NCBI GenBank assembly: GCA_964270895.1
Contig: OZ185443.1
Direction: 5' to 3' (one strand)
Source: Podarcis filfolensis
Taxonomy: Eukaryota
DNA: 64,000 nucleotides
Shown in pieces: positions 15,131-27,135 of this stretch; the first letter of the stretch is position 1, and each line of letters begins with the position of its first letter. Below the pieces are notes generated by a model. The model searched no databases and was not told where the DNA came from. It was given only the letters and a program-made list of their open reading frames with translations. Both the position numbers and the translations under genes were made by a program.

Positions 15131-15267
15131 CAGGCATAGGCAAACTCCAGCCCTCCACATGTTTGGGATTACAATTCCCATCACCCCTAGCTAACAGGAC
15201 CAGTGGTCAGGGATGATGGGAATTGTAGTCTCAAAACATCTGGAGGGCCGGAGTTTGCCTATGCCTG
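15131..15267. mobile_element. hAT MITE, 137 bp
   Basis: TIR CAGGCATAGGCAAACTCC / GGAGTTTGCCTATGCCTG; perfect 8-bp TSD TGTAAGAC. Confidence 0.9.
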
Positions 15268-15366
15268 TGTAAGACAGACACAAACTATTTTGACCAGTAT
15301 AAAATAAGCAAAATGACAGGTCACCCTGTATTAGGCATGTTGTGAAAATGTGTCTTTCTTAAACAG

Positions 15367-15478
15367 CTTGTTACAGTATGAAAGCACATGTCCCATGTGT
15401 TCAGAAAAAGTTGAGATTATGAGCCTTAAGAAAACTGCTGACTGTACACCATACCTCAAGCCTGAAGTGGAGCAATGA
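15367..15478 (+). CDS. WDR19: WDR19 last coding exon (exon 36 equivalent)
   Basis: aaacag|C TTG...CAA TGA; LLQYESTCPMCSEKVEIMSLKKTADCTPYLKPEVEQ*; a splice donor CAG|gtaagt follows at 15488/15489. Confidence 0.93.
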
Positions 15479-16270
15479 TGATAGTCAGGTAAGTGTTTCA
15501 ACCTTGGGTCTCATTTCTGGAACTTTATAGCATCCTATGAACTAAAATTTTATTTAATGTCTAAGGGAGCAAACTGTCCAACTGGTGTCTGGTTTCTCTA
15601 GCAGTGATGAAGGGATGTGGTTCTCATTCTGACTTCCTCATTGATGATCTATATGATCACTGAGCCACCAAAATTAAAAAAAATGGAAATGTGGCATAGG
15701 TTTAAAATGGGTGCTCTGGGAAGTTAGGAATCCTAGGGCTCTACTTCTTTTCAACCATCAGGTTTTCGTTACTTCTGAAATGGCAGCAGCTGTGTTTCAT
15801 ATGGCACAGGACACCCAGGCAGGATGTTTTGAGATCTTACTGGGTGAAAGGCTATGAATGTAGTAGTGCAGTATTGTCTGCATCATGTTGATTTGGCGGG
15901 GAAGGAATGCAGAGAAACCCTCAAGAGCCATCAAAGAGGTGATGTGAGTACAGAATCAGAGAGTTGGGTTGCCAAGGGCATCTAGTCCAACACACTGCAA
16001 TACAGGAATCTCAAAAATTTAATGGAATATTGACTACTTTTAAATGCTAGAAATAATAGGTAGTTTGTGGTCTTACATAGCACGGAGGGGAATTTTATAG
16101 GAGAGTTTGTTGAAATAATGTAGAAACATAATTTTAAAAGTTTGCCAATTGTTCTCGTTTTCCCAGAATGTTGAATCTATGTAGTTTGCGACATTTCATG
16201 TTTTTAGCTACCAGACTGGTGTTCTCCAATTCAAAATGCTCAGAGTTAGAACATCTGTGTTTATTTTCAG

Positions 16271-16455
16271 GAGATAGTGGCCAGCCAAATGCTGCAACGC
16301 TAGAGGATGCTTCAAAACTTTAAGCCCAGTTGGTATGGCTATGCTTGAAATTATTTTATAGTTTATCAGATCTGTGAAACTGTAAATATTTCTTTTATAG
16401 AAATTTTGTACTATGGCCTTTTTGGTTTACAATAAATTTTTAATGCTAAAAATTA
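16271..16455 (+). other. WDR19: Probable non-coding terminal exon (3' UTR) of WDR19
   Basis: Acceptor ttattttcag|GAG at 16270/16271; AATAAA at 16431-16436. Human WDR19 also ends in a non-coding exon (recalled). The 3' end is approximate. Confidence 0.55.
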
Positions 16456-16972
16456 AGTCTTAAATCTATGTAGCTGGCAAGATTTCTTGAAGATGGCAGG
16501 GTGGAAGTAGCAAACAAATTTTATTATTTAGGCCAGGGCCTAAACCCCAGTTGGTGTAAGATACGACAAGTAAAAAAGAAAAATTGGTTAAAAATATGAA
16601 ATTAGTTTTATTGCAATTTTTAAACATTGCTGTGTTCTCATAATGTACAAAAGAGACCAATCTATATACTATATATATACAGGAATTGACAACATAATAA
16701 TAGCTATTTTTAAAAAGTATCAGCTTTGCACAGATGAAATATTGTAAATGCAACAAACAGGCCAGTGTTTATTTTTTTCTAGATGTTGTTAACTAAGCCA
16801 CTGTGCATACAAATCAATAGACAGAGAATTGCATTTAGTCCTATTTATTCAGTATATTACATATTTGTATTTGTGTAGTGATGATAAAATGACTAAGCTT
16901 GTTTTATCAACACCCCCAGCATAAAGTAACAGTTGCATAGCTGGTTCGGAGCATTTGTCAGCACTGAACCAT

Positions 16973-17050
16973 TTATTTAGACTTCTTCTTGGCTTTCCCC
17001 TTTTTAACATCTCCGTTCCTTTTTGGTTGCTTAGCAGTCTTGGTTGTCTT
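16973..17050 (-). CDS. RFC1: RFC1 exon 25 (last)
   Basis: ttctgcag|AAG...TAA; KTTKTAKQPKRNGDVKKGKAKKKSK*. Confidence 0.9.
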   Translation of the reverse strand, partial: KTTKTAKQPKRNGDVKKGKAKKKSK

Positions 17051-18934
17051 CTGCAGAAAAGAAAAATCAGTTTTTAAGTCAGATGGAAATATTTCTGTCC
17101 CAAGGAATACTTGCAGATTGCTTTTAAGGTCTCTAAAAGCACTAGAGCTGGGCAATATGGTTTTCAGCATTGTGATATAGCAGGAGCTAAATGCTGCTAT
17201 ACCATAATGTCTGAAATGTATCCGGCTGCTTCCTCCTCTCCACCTTAGGGGAGGTAGAAGCAGTCAGCTACATTGGCTGAGCAAGCCCCTTTACATTACC
17301 ATACAAGCTGGAGGGTAGGGTCCCAGGGGCTTCCTTAAACTGCTCTGTGTGTTGCCTCCTCATGAGCAGGCAGGGGGGCAGTCTCTTTCCTCCTTGTTGG
17401 TCACTTGGGAGTTGTAAGACCAGCCACTTGCTTGTGTGGACGACTGGGTGCCCCTGGCTGCCTTCATCCAAGCGGGTGTGCTGCATCTTTACCCTGGGAG
17501 TAAAGACGCAGTCTGTTCAGCCAGGTGGCAGTAGCCAAGCAGGTGGAGCCTGTAAGGCTTTGGTTGCAGGGTTTCCACCCACCGAGGGACACGCAGCTGC
17601 CTGTACCCCGGGGGGGGGGGGGCTTGATCAGCTTCTCAGCTGGCCAAACCCCCACCCCGTGGGGGCTTCATTAAACTGCTCCACTGCAGAGCAGCTGAAA
17701 GAAGCTTCCTGGAGGTGAAACAGCAGCCACTCCTGTGTCCCTCTGGTGTGGCAGAGGGACTCAGGAGCAGCAACTGTCTCACCTGCGATACACCACCGGA
17801 TGAAGCAGCCATCATGGTCTGGCCCATGTATCAATATATCACCCAGGCCAAAAAAGCACACAACATTTCTTTTTTAAAAATACCACCCCTCCTTCCCAAG
17901 GGAAGCTGTAAGGAAAGAGAAAGTACGAAGGGATAAGTTGACCAGAACAAATAAATAAAAGCATCTTTCCTGTAATACTGCCCTGCTCACATTTCTAAGT
18001 TCAGTGAACATTTAGAAAGGATGGGAATTAAAACCAAATGATTATAAGGAAAATTATACAGATGAAGAAAATTAACGTCACATTTTATGCTTCATGCCAG
18101 AAAATCAGTAGTATTGAGGACAGTTTCTATTTAATTGCAAGGTTTCACAACTGCAACACTGCTAGCATGACAAAATAATGTCTCATTGCAACATTTCTTC
18201 AGTAAGGAAAGGTGGCATATGAAGACATCAACTTGCCAGTTTTCAGAGATGTTATAATACTAGTTTGCTTTCAGTGAGACAAACCACAATCCTCGTAGGT
18301 TCAGATGTACTGTAAACTATCACCCATGCAAATAAGGCCACTACTACATTTACTCAGGGTTGGTTCCCCACAACATCTGTTTCCATGGGAAATGGAACAT
18401 GTTCCCATGGAAATACAGAGTATGCAGTGGAACCACATTCCATGTTTCTGTCGAGAAATGCAAAGGTCCAAGATAACTACTATTTCCCACTTACAAATCT
18501 TCCCTGAAAAGTCTGTATGGATTATTAATTTTCACATAACATTTTCCACACGTACACCTCCAGAGGAATAATTCCAAAAGCTCTTGTGGAAAGCAAACAT
18601 TCAAAGGCTACCCTCAGCTTCTAACATTATGAAAACATAGGACAGTTATCAGGCTCTAATTTATTTTCCTGCTATGAACAAGTCTGTTGCAAGCCAGAGT
18701 GTCTGGTTTTTTGTTTTTTTGTTTTTTTACTAAGGATTTAAGACTCAAGGTGTCTGAACACTTTTGGCCCAAACTTCAGACCAATCACTTTACTGGTGTA
18801 AACAAGACTTAATAAGAACACACACTGGCAGATGACAGAAGCCTTGTGCAAATCAGTCTCTGGTTTTATTAAACCTTTAAAGATGGTTTGATTTTCCCTG
18901 GCGTTTAACTGCCCTGTCAGCCAAAAAATGTTAC

Positions 18935-19111
18935 CTTAATCATTGCATCATTTTCAATAGTGTCTTGCTCGTTCTCAGACGGGATTTCTTCAGCTTCCAG
19001 TTCTTCATCCACTGACGATCCTGCTCGTCGATTCGCCTTATGCACCACTTGCAGAGAATATGGCGTAAGGTGGGCCTCTTTGTTATAGGCTCGTGTGAAG
19101 GCAGATTTAAC
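18935..19111 (-). CDS. RFC1: RFC1 exon 24
   Basis: cag|GTT...AAG|gtaac; 177 nt; VKSAFTRAYNKEAHLTPYSLQ...ENDAMIK. Confidence 0.95.
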
Positions 19112-20674
19112 CTGCACACAATAAAGGAAAGATCTGGAGTAAGGCACTGAAGTTTCCCCATGGCCACTTACCAGCTGTGAGCAGCAGTTTTGAGGCAGCA
19201 TTCTGGGGAATTCAGGAGTACCTTAAGGACAATAATAGCAGACAAGATTTTCTGAAAAGACAGCTTTTCCATTACTGCTGATCTTTTCAAGTAATGTGCA
19301 AATGCAGAAGGCAGGTGTTTGCCAGAATTCACTCAGTTCACATTACATAATGGGAGTCCAACAACCCTGAACACCATGCCTTGGAATCCTCTGCAACACA
19401 CAGCGGTTGCATGAGAAGATGGAAGCTTGTTTGAAAACCACTGTGTTTAGCTAGGACAGGGTAGAACATTTTGAAGAGAAAAGGAGATTTCCATTTTCAA
19501 TGAGAAGAGGAGGAGAAGGGTCCCAGCCAAGGAGAGCAGTCCAATGTCAAGAACATTTCCTCAGGATAAAAATCATTCAAGAGGTGTTTATCTGACTTGG
19601 GGTGAATGGGAGCAAAGTTGGTGGATAGATCCAAAGCTAAAGTTGGAGTGGAGTGGAGCTACCCATTTCCATTCTGTCAAACCTCTCTCCCTTCTTTCTC
19701 AGCCATAAATGGCTGCACAGCAGTTAGACTTGGAAAAAGGTCCCATTTATGGCCAGGGCAGGGCAGGGCTAACCCTCTCACCACAGTTAAGCCTAACTGT
19801 TGTGTGCAGGGGAGAGATTGTGGGCTGGACTGCAAACATGCTGTGGGCCACATCCGACCCATGGGCCAGTATTTCCTCATCCTTGAAAGGGAATAAAATC
19901 TTCCTCTTAAGAATAAACTCTCACTTTTGGGAGGCTCCCAAATACTGACAAACTGGCCTAAGTATCTGAACACGTGAGCTCTAACCCACAGAAACTGAAC
20001 CTTGCCTGTTACTATCTTCCTTAGGCCTTTCTGCTCGCTCGCTCTTCTTTACCTGCAAGAGCCTGTCTCATGTATCAGCCAACCCAAAGAATCCCATACG
20101 GCAAATCTAGCTGACTTCTGAAGCAGTTGATTAATTGGCCCACCTACAACCTTATCTGTTCTGCTCTGAGCTTATTTGAACAACAAGATCTAAACATTCT
20201 TTAAAAAACCCCACCACTTATATAATCAGCCTACTGACTAATACCATGCAAAGGCACTGGCTTTAACTAGCTGAGTGCCTTTGTATGTTAGGAGAAAGTT
20301 GAGCTAGACATGCCCTGGTTAGTGTGGAAGGCACCTGGAAGCAAGTGGGTAAACTCCCTATATGGTTTAGGCTGGGGGACATAACCCTCTCTGCCTTTGA
20401 TCCTCCCTTCACATCTGCTAGAAGGAATATTCGCAGTAAGTAACCTGTGTTCCCAGTTGGCATGCAGGAGGCACAGACAATGGCAGAGCTTCATGCTCCA
20501 GCACTGGGGGGGCAGAGAGCAGGCAGGGGCAGCCGCGATGGCACCCCACCGGGGCTGGGCGCTCCCCCTGCACTCCTCTTCCTCCACCAGTGGGCACAGA
20601 GGGTTAAATCCCCCAATGACTCATGCATAGACAGTGCAAGGAAAGTTAACTCACTCGTTTTTGGATGCCTCCTA

Positions 20675-21036
20675 AGGTAAAGGATCCCTGGACGGTTAAG
20701 TCCAGTCGAATTAGACTATGGGGTGCAGTGCTTATTTCGCTTCAGGCCAAAGGAGCCGGCGTCCACAGACAGCTTTCCGGGTCGTGTGGCCAGCATGACT
20801 AAACCACTTCTGGCACCACAGAACACCATGACGAGTGCCAGAGCACATGGAAACGCAGTTTACCTTCCTGCTGCAGCGGTACCTATTTCTCTATTTGCAC
20901 TGGTATGCTTTCAAACTGCTAGGTTGGCAGGTGCTGGGACAGAGCAACGGGAGCTCACCCTGTCATGTGGATTTGAACCGCCAAGCTTACGATCAGCAAG
21001 CTCAAGAGGCTCGGTGGTTTAGGCCACCCGCGTCCC
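20675..21036 (-). mobile_element. Sauria SINE
   Basis: Family motifs; 12-bp TSD GGATGCCTCCTA. Confidence 0.9.
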
Positions 21037-21173
21037 AAGGATGCCTCCTACATGCACCAGACGCAACATTCACAGCAAACACCCGATGTTCCGTTTTGAA
21101 ATAGGTTGTGGGAGGGAGAGAGAACGTATGAGAATCCTATTTAAGGAAGCCCGTAAATGTAAGAGCAACTTAC

Positions 21174-21387
21174 CTTGGAATCAACTTTAGAAAATTCACT
21201 AGGTTTGCCTCCCCAACTGGTTACTTCCATTATGCTTTCGACATCTTCCTTCATCAAGCAGTAAGTATCCATAAATGCCACAGCATCCTGCACTCCATCT
21301 GTTCCCAGGCAAGTCAAAGGTTTCACAATTGCATCTCGTAAGTATGACAAATAGTCCAGATTTACTGCTCTCTTGCTTGCATGTGTC
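21174..21387 (-). CDS. RFC1: RFC1 exon 23
   Basis: tag|G...AAG|gtaag; 214 nt; THASKRAVNLDYLSYLRDAIVKPL...WGGKPSEFSKVDSK. Confidence 0.95.
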
Positions 21388-22035
21388 CTATAGGGAGGGA
21401 GAAGAAACATTATGTGGGTTTCCCCCTAAAGCCTTTCTGAAGGCAGGGAGGGCTCGTGCTCTGCATAGAGGCAATCTCAGGTCCCATCGTTGCGATATTC
21501 TAGTGAACATCACTCAGTGGGTTGAAGTATAGCCATCCTTCCAGACTGGTATAAAGCATATGTAAGTTCATCTGAAGGGTAAAACAGAGGCAGGACGGTG
21601 TGCTTAGCATGTTGGAAAGTACCTATGTGCCAAGCAGGCAATGCGGCTCAAGGGACTACCGATAATGGTGAGGAGCCATGCAGCAGGATCTTCCACCCAA
21701 AGAATACTCTCTAAACCAGAATTGTTCTGCCCAAAGGACACCCAAAATACTATGAATGCAGCAGTCATCTACCCAACAATGTAACATATTTAAGATCTAT
21801 CTTGCAGAATGGGAATACCAGTTTAATGCAAAATCAAGAGAGAATGCGGGTATTGAAAAAAATGTGTAAGAACTCAGCATGTTGACTCATTTCCTGTTGA
21901 TAAATTGTGTTCTGCAGAATTCTAATTACAGAAGATTATACGAAATGCTTTGCAGGTTTCAGTAACCAACAGTAAAAAAGAATCTCACATGCTAAACCTT
22001 TGGCAACTTGATCACTGTGGCCATGTTTACACAAT

Positions 22036-22173
22036 TAACAACAACCCTGTGAGGTAGATTAAAAGGCTGTGACTGGCCCAAGGTCACCCAGTGAGCTTCA
22101 TGACTGAATGGGGATTTGAACCCTGATTTCCCAGGTCCGAGTCCGACACACTAACCACTACACCACCCTGGCT
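22036..22173 (-). mobile_element. MIR/CORE-type SINE fragment
   Basis: aacaaccctgtgaggtag...cccaaggtcacccag...gatttgaaccc...ctaaccactacacca. Confidence 0.7.
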
Positions 22174-22499
22174 TCCTAGAGTCCTTCTCCCATGGAGCAG
22201 CTATATAAATTAAGTAGGTAAATAAATATGGGGAAAGCAAAATGTCACTTAGAGAAGGATCTGAAATATTTCTCCTGAAGCTTGCATTTGTTTTATTTGA
22301 TGTTTTAATGTGTTGCTTTGAGATTTTTAAAAAATATAAAGCAGTGTAGATATGAGATGAATAGTAACAATAAATTTTAAAGGGGGGGGGAGGCGGTACC
22401 AAAACCGTAACCTAGTTTCAGGTGCCTTTTGGCTTATATACCTGAGTTTCTAACACTGCCAATAATTGGGGAATTTGCAACACAGGTCACCAGGATTAC

Positions 22500-22645
22500 C
22501 TGAGGCTCATGTGCATCGACAGCTCTTGCATGATACGGTCGTGCTTTCCTGTTGATGAAAATTTGCCCAGCCAGCTTGGGAAATTTGGGAATTGTTTCAT
22601 GTAGCCTCTCATCAGCTCCCCAGGGAGGACACTTGAATAAATGGC
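22500..22645 (-). CDS. RFC1: RFC1 exon 22
   Basis: ttcag|GCC...CTCAG|gtaatc; 146 nt; AIYSSVLPGELMRGYMKQFPNFPSWLGKFSSTGKHDRIMQELSMHMSLR. Confidence 0.95.
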
Positions 22646-22982
22646 CTGAACAATGAAGGAAACATCTGTCAGTTTTCCCTGGAGACTATAATGGACACCA
22701 TTATTTTCTAATACGCTACACAGAAAATACAGATTGGTACCCAAGGCAATAGTAGCAGAACAGAGGTGAAGATGGAAGCCCCATCACCAGCACAGGAGTA
22801 GGGTTCCTTTTCCAGCCCAGGGCCCCCATTAATTCCAGGGGTCATGTGTTGGGCCCAGCAAGAGGCAGAGTAGGGGGCTACATTTCAGCCACGTAAAAGA
22901 TGAGGTTTCTGCAAACACATCTCTCCGTCCAGGAAAGCAAGAGGCATCACAGGCTAAAGGCACATTCTAGCAAGGTAAAATA

Positions 22983-23239
22983 ACGTATTTTTCGCTCTAT
23001 AAGACGCACTTTCCCCCTCCTAAAAAGTAAGGGGAAATGTGTGTGCGTCCTATGGAGCGAATGCAGGCGGGAGGCTCTGCTCAGTGCTCCCTTTAAAGAG
23101 CCGCGTGGAGCGTGTGTGCGGCTCTTGGGGGCTTTTCCCCGAGGAGGGAGAAGGGCTGAATATTTTTTTTCTTGTTTTCCTCCTACAAAAACTAGGTGCA
23201 TCCTATGGTTTGGTGTGTCTTATAGAGCGAAAAATACGG
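22983..23239. mobile_element. Tc1/mariner-type MITE
   Basis: TIR (A/C)CGTATTTTTCGCTCTATAAGAC and its reverse complement; TA flanks. Confidence 0.8.
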
Positions 23240-23418
23240 TAACTTGAGGGTACAAAGCTTGGAGAGTCTCAAGGACCAGACAGACCAGGTCACGTGTGAA
23301 GGTTCAGATAAACTTCCAAGGGAGAGGTTGGTGCTTACTGGGAAGTAGCCACAGGCTGTGGCTGTTAACTTTGATCCCTGTATATGGCTCCTGTGCTTTG
23401 AGATGGAAATTGTGCCAA

Positions 23419-23530
23419 ACTCAGCTGGTAGAGCATGAGACTCTCAGGGTCATGGGTTCAAGCCACACTTGGGGCAAAAGATTACAGGGGGTTGGACTAG
23501 ATGAGTCCTTGTGGTCTCTTCCAACTCTGA
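23419..23530 (+). mobile_element. tRNA-derived SINE with CR1-like tail
   Basis: ctcagctggtagagcatgagactct...ggttcaagcc head; gggggttggactagatga...ttccaactc tail. Confidence 0.65.
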
Positions 23531-23968
23531 GATTCACTTTTGAAAGTGCTCGCTGCCGAGACAAATCCCTTCCCACCCCAGCAGGGAGAGAAAAGGCCTT
23601 TGAAATCAGGATATTACACTGCTGACAGGCAATACAACCCCTGTTTGTTCATGAGGACCTTTCAAAGTTGAGAGCACCCACCCTCCTTCAGTCACTTTGT
23701 AAGAGTTTCTCACGGGCAAAACTCTCCCCTCCAAAGTTTCTCTGAAATTCTCCCCACCTCTCCCTGTTTTTTTAGCTGGTATGTTTTCACCCTTCTTCCC
23801 TCCCACTAAACAAACTGATGGGGAAAAGCATGGCTGAAAAGTTCAGCCCCCGCTCTACTTTGCACAAATCCTGGGCTTTTTTCTCCTGCCACAGCCTGCA
23901 ACAAAGCAGCAGCAGATACCCCTCAGGCAGCCACACGATATGCTCTGGAAACTAAAGAAGTGGGTAAC

Positions 23969-24086
23969 CTGCGTAGGTAGAAGGCTCCAATTTTGTCGGC
24001 TGCGAATCTGCCGGTCAACTAAGTCGCCATCGCAAATACTGTCAGCTGCTTTGCTAAGCAACATCAGGTGTTTCTTCATGTTACCC
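23969..24086 (-). CDS. RFC1: RFC1 exon 21
   Basis: cccag|G...CAG|gttac; 118 nt; GNMKKHLMLLSKAADSICDGDLVDRQIRSRQNWSLLPTQ. Confidence 0.95.
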
Positions 24087-24187
24087 CTGGGGGGAAATGA
24101 TGGCTCACATTACTCACAAACAATTGTACTTTTCGTTAGTCCTAATGCAGCTACACAATCCAAATCGTTCAGATTCATTTAACTCAC

Positions 24188-24342
24188 CCTGCAGCAGCTG
24201 GGGTCACGTGGATGTAGTTCTCCTGGACAAAGAGCGGGGCGAGAGAGTAATCATGGAAGAAGAGGTCCGATTTGTCTATAAGGGACATGTGAGAGGTCTC
24301 TTCTCCGGTAGCAAAAACCTTCCTGACAACATCAAAAGGGCC
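24188..24342 (-). CDS. RFC1: RFC1 exon 20
   Basis: ggcag|GGC...GCAGG|gtgagt; 155 nt; GPFDVVRKVFATGEETSHMSLIDKSDLFFHDYSLAPLFVQENYIHVTPAAAG. Confidence 0.95.
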
Positions 24343-24461
24343 CTGCCAAAATAAACAGACTCTGAATTCTACCATCAAGCAAAGCTTCTGTACCAATTGC
24401 AAAGATTAGCCCTGGAATAATCTGGGCAAGTATCCACTACAAGAGCTTTTCTTACTATTTA

Positions 24462-24790
24462 TTAAATTCATCCGAAGATCGCAGGGCGGTTCACAACATA
24501 AAAATATAAAATGAGAACACAAAATACATTATAAAACAAAAACAAACCAATAACGCCGCCGCCCCAACACATTTTAAAGGCCATAGAATGTTTAATTACC
24601 CAAAGGACTATAGATAAAGGTTTCTGCCCGGGGCCTAAAGATATGTAATGACGGCAACAGGTGAGCCTCCCTGGGGAAAGCATTCCACAAATGGGGAGCC
24701 ACCACAGAAAAGGCCCATTCTCCTATCGCCACCCTCTGGACCTCATGGAGGAGGCACACAAAGAAGGGCCTCAGATGATTATCGAAGGAT
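24462..24790 (-). mobile_element. L2-clade LINE 3' end
   Basis: AFSVVAPHLWNAFPRE remnant plus TGTGAACCGCCCTG tail. Confidence 0.7.
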
Positions 24791-25158
24791 CCAGGTTGGT
24801 TCATATTTTACATTGAACCTCAAGGACTCCAATACGTAAGACACTCTGCAGCACAATCGTTGCCACGTTTACCCAGAATTAAATCCTACTGAATTCACTG
24901 GGCCCCACTTCCAGGTATGTGGGGTCAGGACTGTAGCCTTAGTCTGATTTGGCTCAGTGTTTACATGTTCAAAGCAAACAATATCTGGGGTATCATGAGC
25001 TTCAGTGCCTGTTCCCAATACTATTACTGTACTTTTCTTTTTTAAGGCCAAAATTAGACGTACAACTTCTGGTTTCTGGCAAAAATCTAATTATGCAGGT
25101 CCTGTTGCAAAGCAAGCTGGCACAGACATGGCATTCCCCAAGCCAAACTTCATCCTAC

Positions 25159-25257
25159 CATTTTGATGTCCTTTTTTGCTTTGCTAGCATCCTCTTTGAC
25201 ACCATCATAGGTCAGAGATTTGCTCCCTGCACACCACATGCTGAGATTATGTAAAAC
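25159..25257 (-). CDS. RFC1: RFC1 exon 19
   Basis: cag|GTT...ATG|gtagg; 99 nt; VLHNLSMWCAGSKSLTYDGVKEDASKAKKDIKM. Confidence 0.95.
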
Positions 25258-25382
25258 CTGAGAACAAAACGGAAAGGTTAGAGCTTGCTTCATTTTGGTG
25301 TCTGAAACTCCATCCGCCATGGATAGAGAGCAGACTAAATAAATGACTACGGATTAAAGGCTGGCACTGATCAATAACTCAC

Positions 25383-25478
25383 TTGTCTGATATCCTGATT
25401 GGCTGCCAAGATGACTTCATTCATTGCTGGTGGTGGAATCTTTAACCCCTCTTTAAAGGCAATGGACATCATGGCACC
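25383..25478 (-). CDS. RFC1: RFC1 exon 18
   Basis: cgcag|GGT...CAA|gtgagt; 96 nt; GAMMSIAFKEGLKIPPPAMNEVILAANQDIRQ. Confidence 0.95.
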
Positions 25479-25776
25479 CTGCGAGAAGGAAAGAAGAGAA
25501 ATTCATGAAGAATAGATTTATAAGTGGTTATTATCCATGACAACTACCGGTAATTGGAATCACTTCTCTCTGATGGTACCATCTAAGGCAATGACCACCC
25601 CCCCAAAGTTGGGGAAAATAAAGCAAGGGGATAGCCAACACTGTTACACCCTGCTTTTAAGCTTCCTGGAAACATCTGTTGGATCTCTTGAAGAAAGGCT
25701 TTGGACTGACCCAGAAAGGCAATTCTTATTGTCCTACTTTAAGAGAGTCCCAGCATATTATTTGTCAACCGCCTAC

Positions 25777-25914
25777 CTTAATCTGCTCCACGCGTGGTCT
25801 GTGAAAGCGAAGATCAAAGCAGTAGTGGACAAGGGAACGCATCTTTGGGTGATTCCGATCATTACACATACAAATTATAGGAACCTTTGTATGTTTAATC
25901 AAGTCGATCAGTTC
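25777..25914 (-). CDS. RFC1: RFC1 exon 17 (AAA+ sensor 1 region)
   Basis: ttgcag|GAA...AAG|gtagg; 138 nt; ELIDLIKHTKVPIICMCNDRNHPKMRSLVHYCFDLRFHRPRVEQIK. Confidence 0.95.
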
Positions 25915-26365
25915 CTGCAATTAGAGAATGCAACCCCACTATGAAGCCGTTTGTGTGGCTCTGCTGGTACCAACCACAGTGCTGTGCAAATTAGTGCAAC
26001 TTGATGCAAGTTTGCCATGCATCTCATCTAGCTTTCAGACATTTAGGAATGACCCAGCTACTTAACAGTTCAAGCTGCTGTTAGTGAATTAGTCTCAAGG
26101 AAAGCAAAAGCTTTCTAGTAGACCAACTTGATAAACCAAAGCAAGGTTGAGCTTTTTCCTTACATTTTTGTGAAAGAAGCGGTCGGCACAAAATGGAATG
26201 ATAAAATATTTTTGAGACAAAAAGGACATGATACTCATTTTCAATCAGTTATCCTTTAAGCTAATAAAGATCTGTTCCGTGAACTGTCTGAACTTCCACC
26301 TCTCCTCCCCTCCCCCCCAAAACTCACAATAATCACTTTTACACTTTTCATGGACATTATTCTAC

Positions 26366-26454
26366 CTGGATGCCTCCTCTGTCTTCGTTGCCAGCCATTC
26401 CATCCACCTCATCCATAATTAGGACATGCTTTGTGCTGACTGAAGATGATGTGC
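26366..26454 (-). CDS. RFC1: RFC1 exon 16 (Walker B)
   Basis: ctcag|GC...CAG|gtaga; 89 nt; TSSSVSTKHVLIMDEVDGMAGNEDRGGIQ. Confidence 0.95.
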
Positions 26455-27020
26455 CTGAGGATGATGGAGGAAGAGTAAAAAAAGGCAAAGTGATCTTCTC
26501 CCCACACAGTACGGCCGCATTCATAGTAAGCCACAAAGTACAACTTACTGCACACAAGCAAACCACACCCACTTCACTCCTTCCAATTCGTGCAGGGAAG
26601 AAATAAACCACCACCTCTGTCTTAACATCACATTTGAACCAGGGATTATGGTCTGTTTCATCCCAAAGAAACTCAGTTAGTAAACCAAGAATGAACCTTG
26701 GTTACAAATCATGGTTAGTTGGATGCAAAGCAAGCCATGATCTGTGGTATTGCTAAGACAGGGATTGTGCTTTATTACATTCTGGGATAGAAGAATAAAC
26801 AACAAATTGACTGTCCAGAAAGGCCCAGTTTCATGTCATGGTAAACTGTCTGCTGTGAACCTGAAAACACTGGTGCTTACAAAAAATCAATCCAAGATAG
26901 AATACCATTTTTTGAGCATGAAGGAATTATTAGGGTCTAACTGTGAAATTGGGGACAGCAAGTCCACATTAATTGTTCTAGCCAGTAAGAAGGAATGCCC
27001 AGAAAAGGTAATGAAGATAC

Positions 27021-27135
27021 CTGAACAGAATTCTTTGATGCTGGTGTTATTTAGAGATTCGGCAACCACCTCCTTCAGGCTGTTCTTACTGCGAGTGTCG
27101 CTGGCATTTAATTCCACATAGCTCAAGCCCAGTTC
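27021..27135 (-). CDS. RFC1: RFC1 exon 15
   Basis: cttag|GAA...TCAG|gtatc; 115 nt; ELGLSYVELNASDTRSKNSLKEVVAESLNNTSIKEFCS. Confidence 0.95.

Noticed and set aside
27010-27020. GTATCTTC donor as a U12-type intron (also GTATCCTT at 10208-10215)
   Set aside because: There is no TCCTTAAC-type branch point near the acceptor. The 10208 motif is mid-intron and not at a splice junction.
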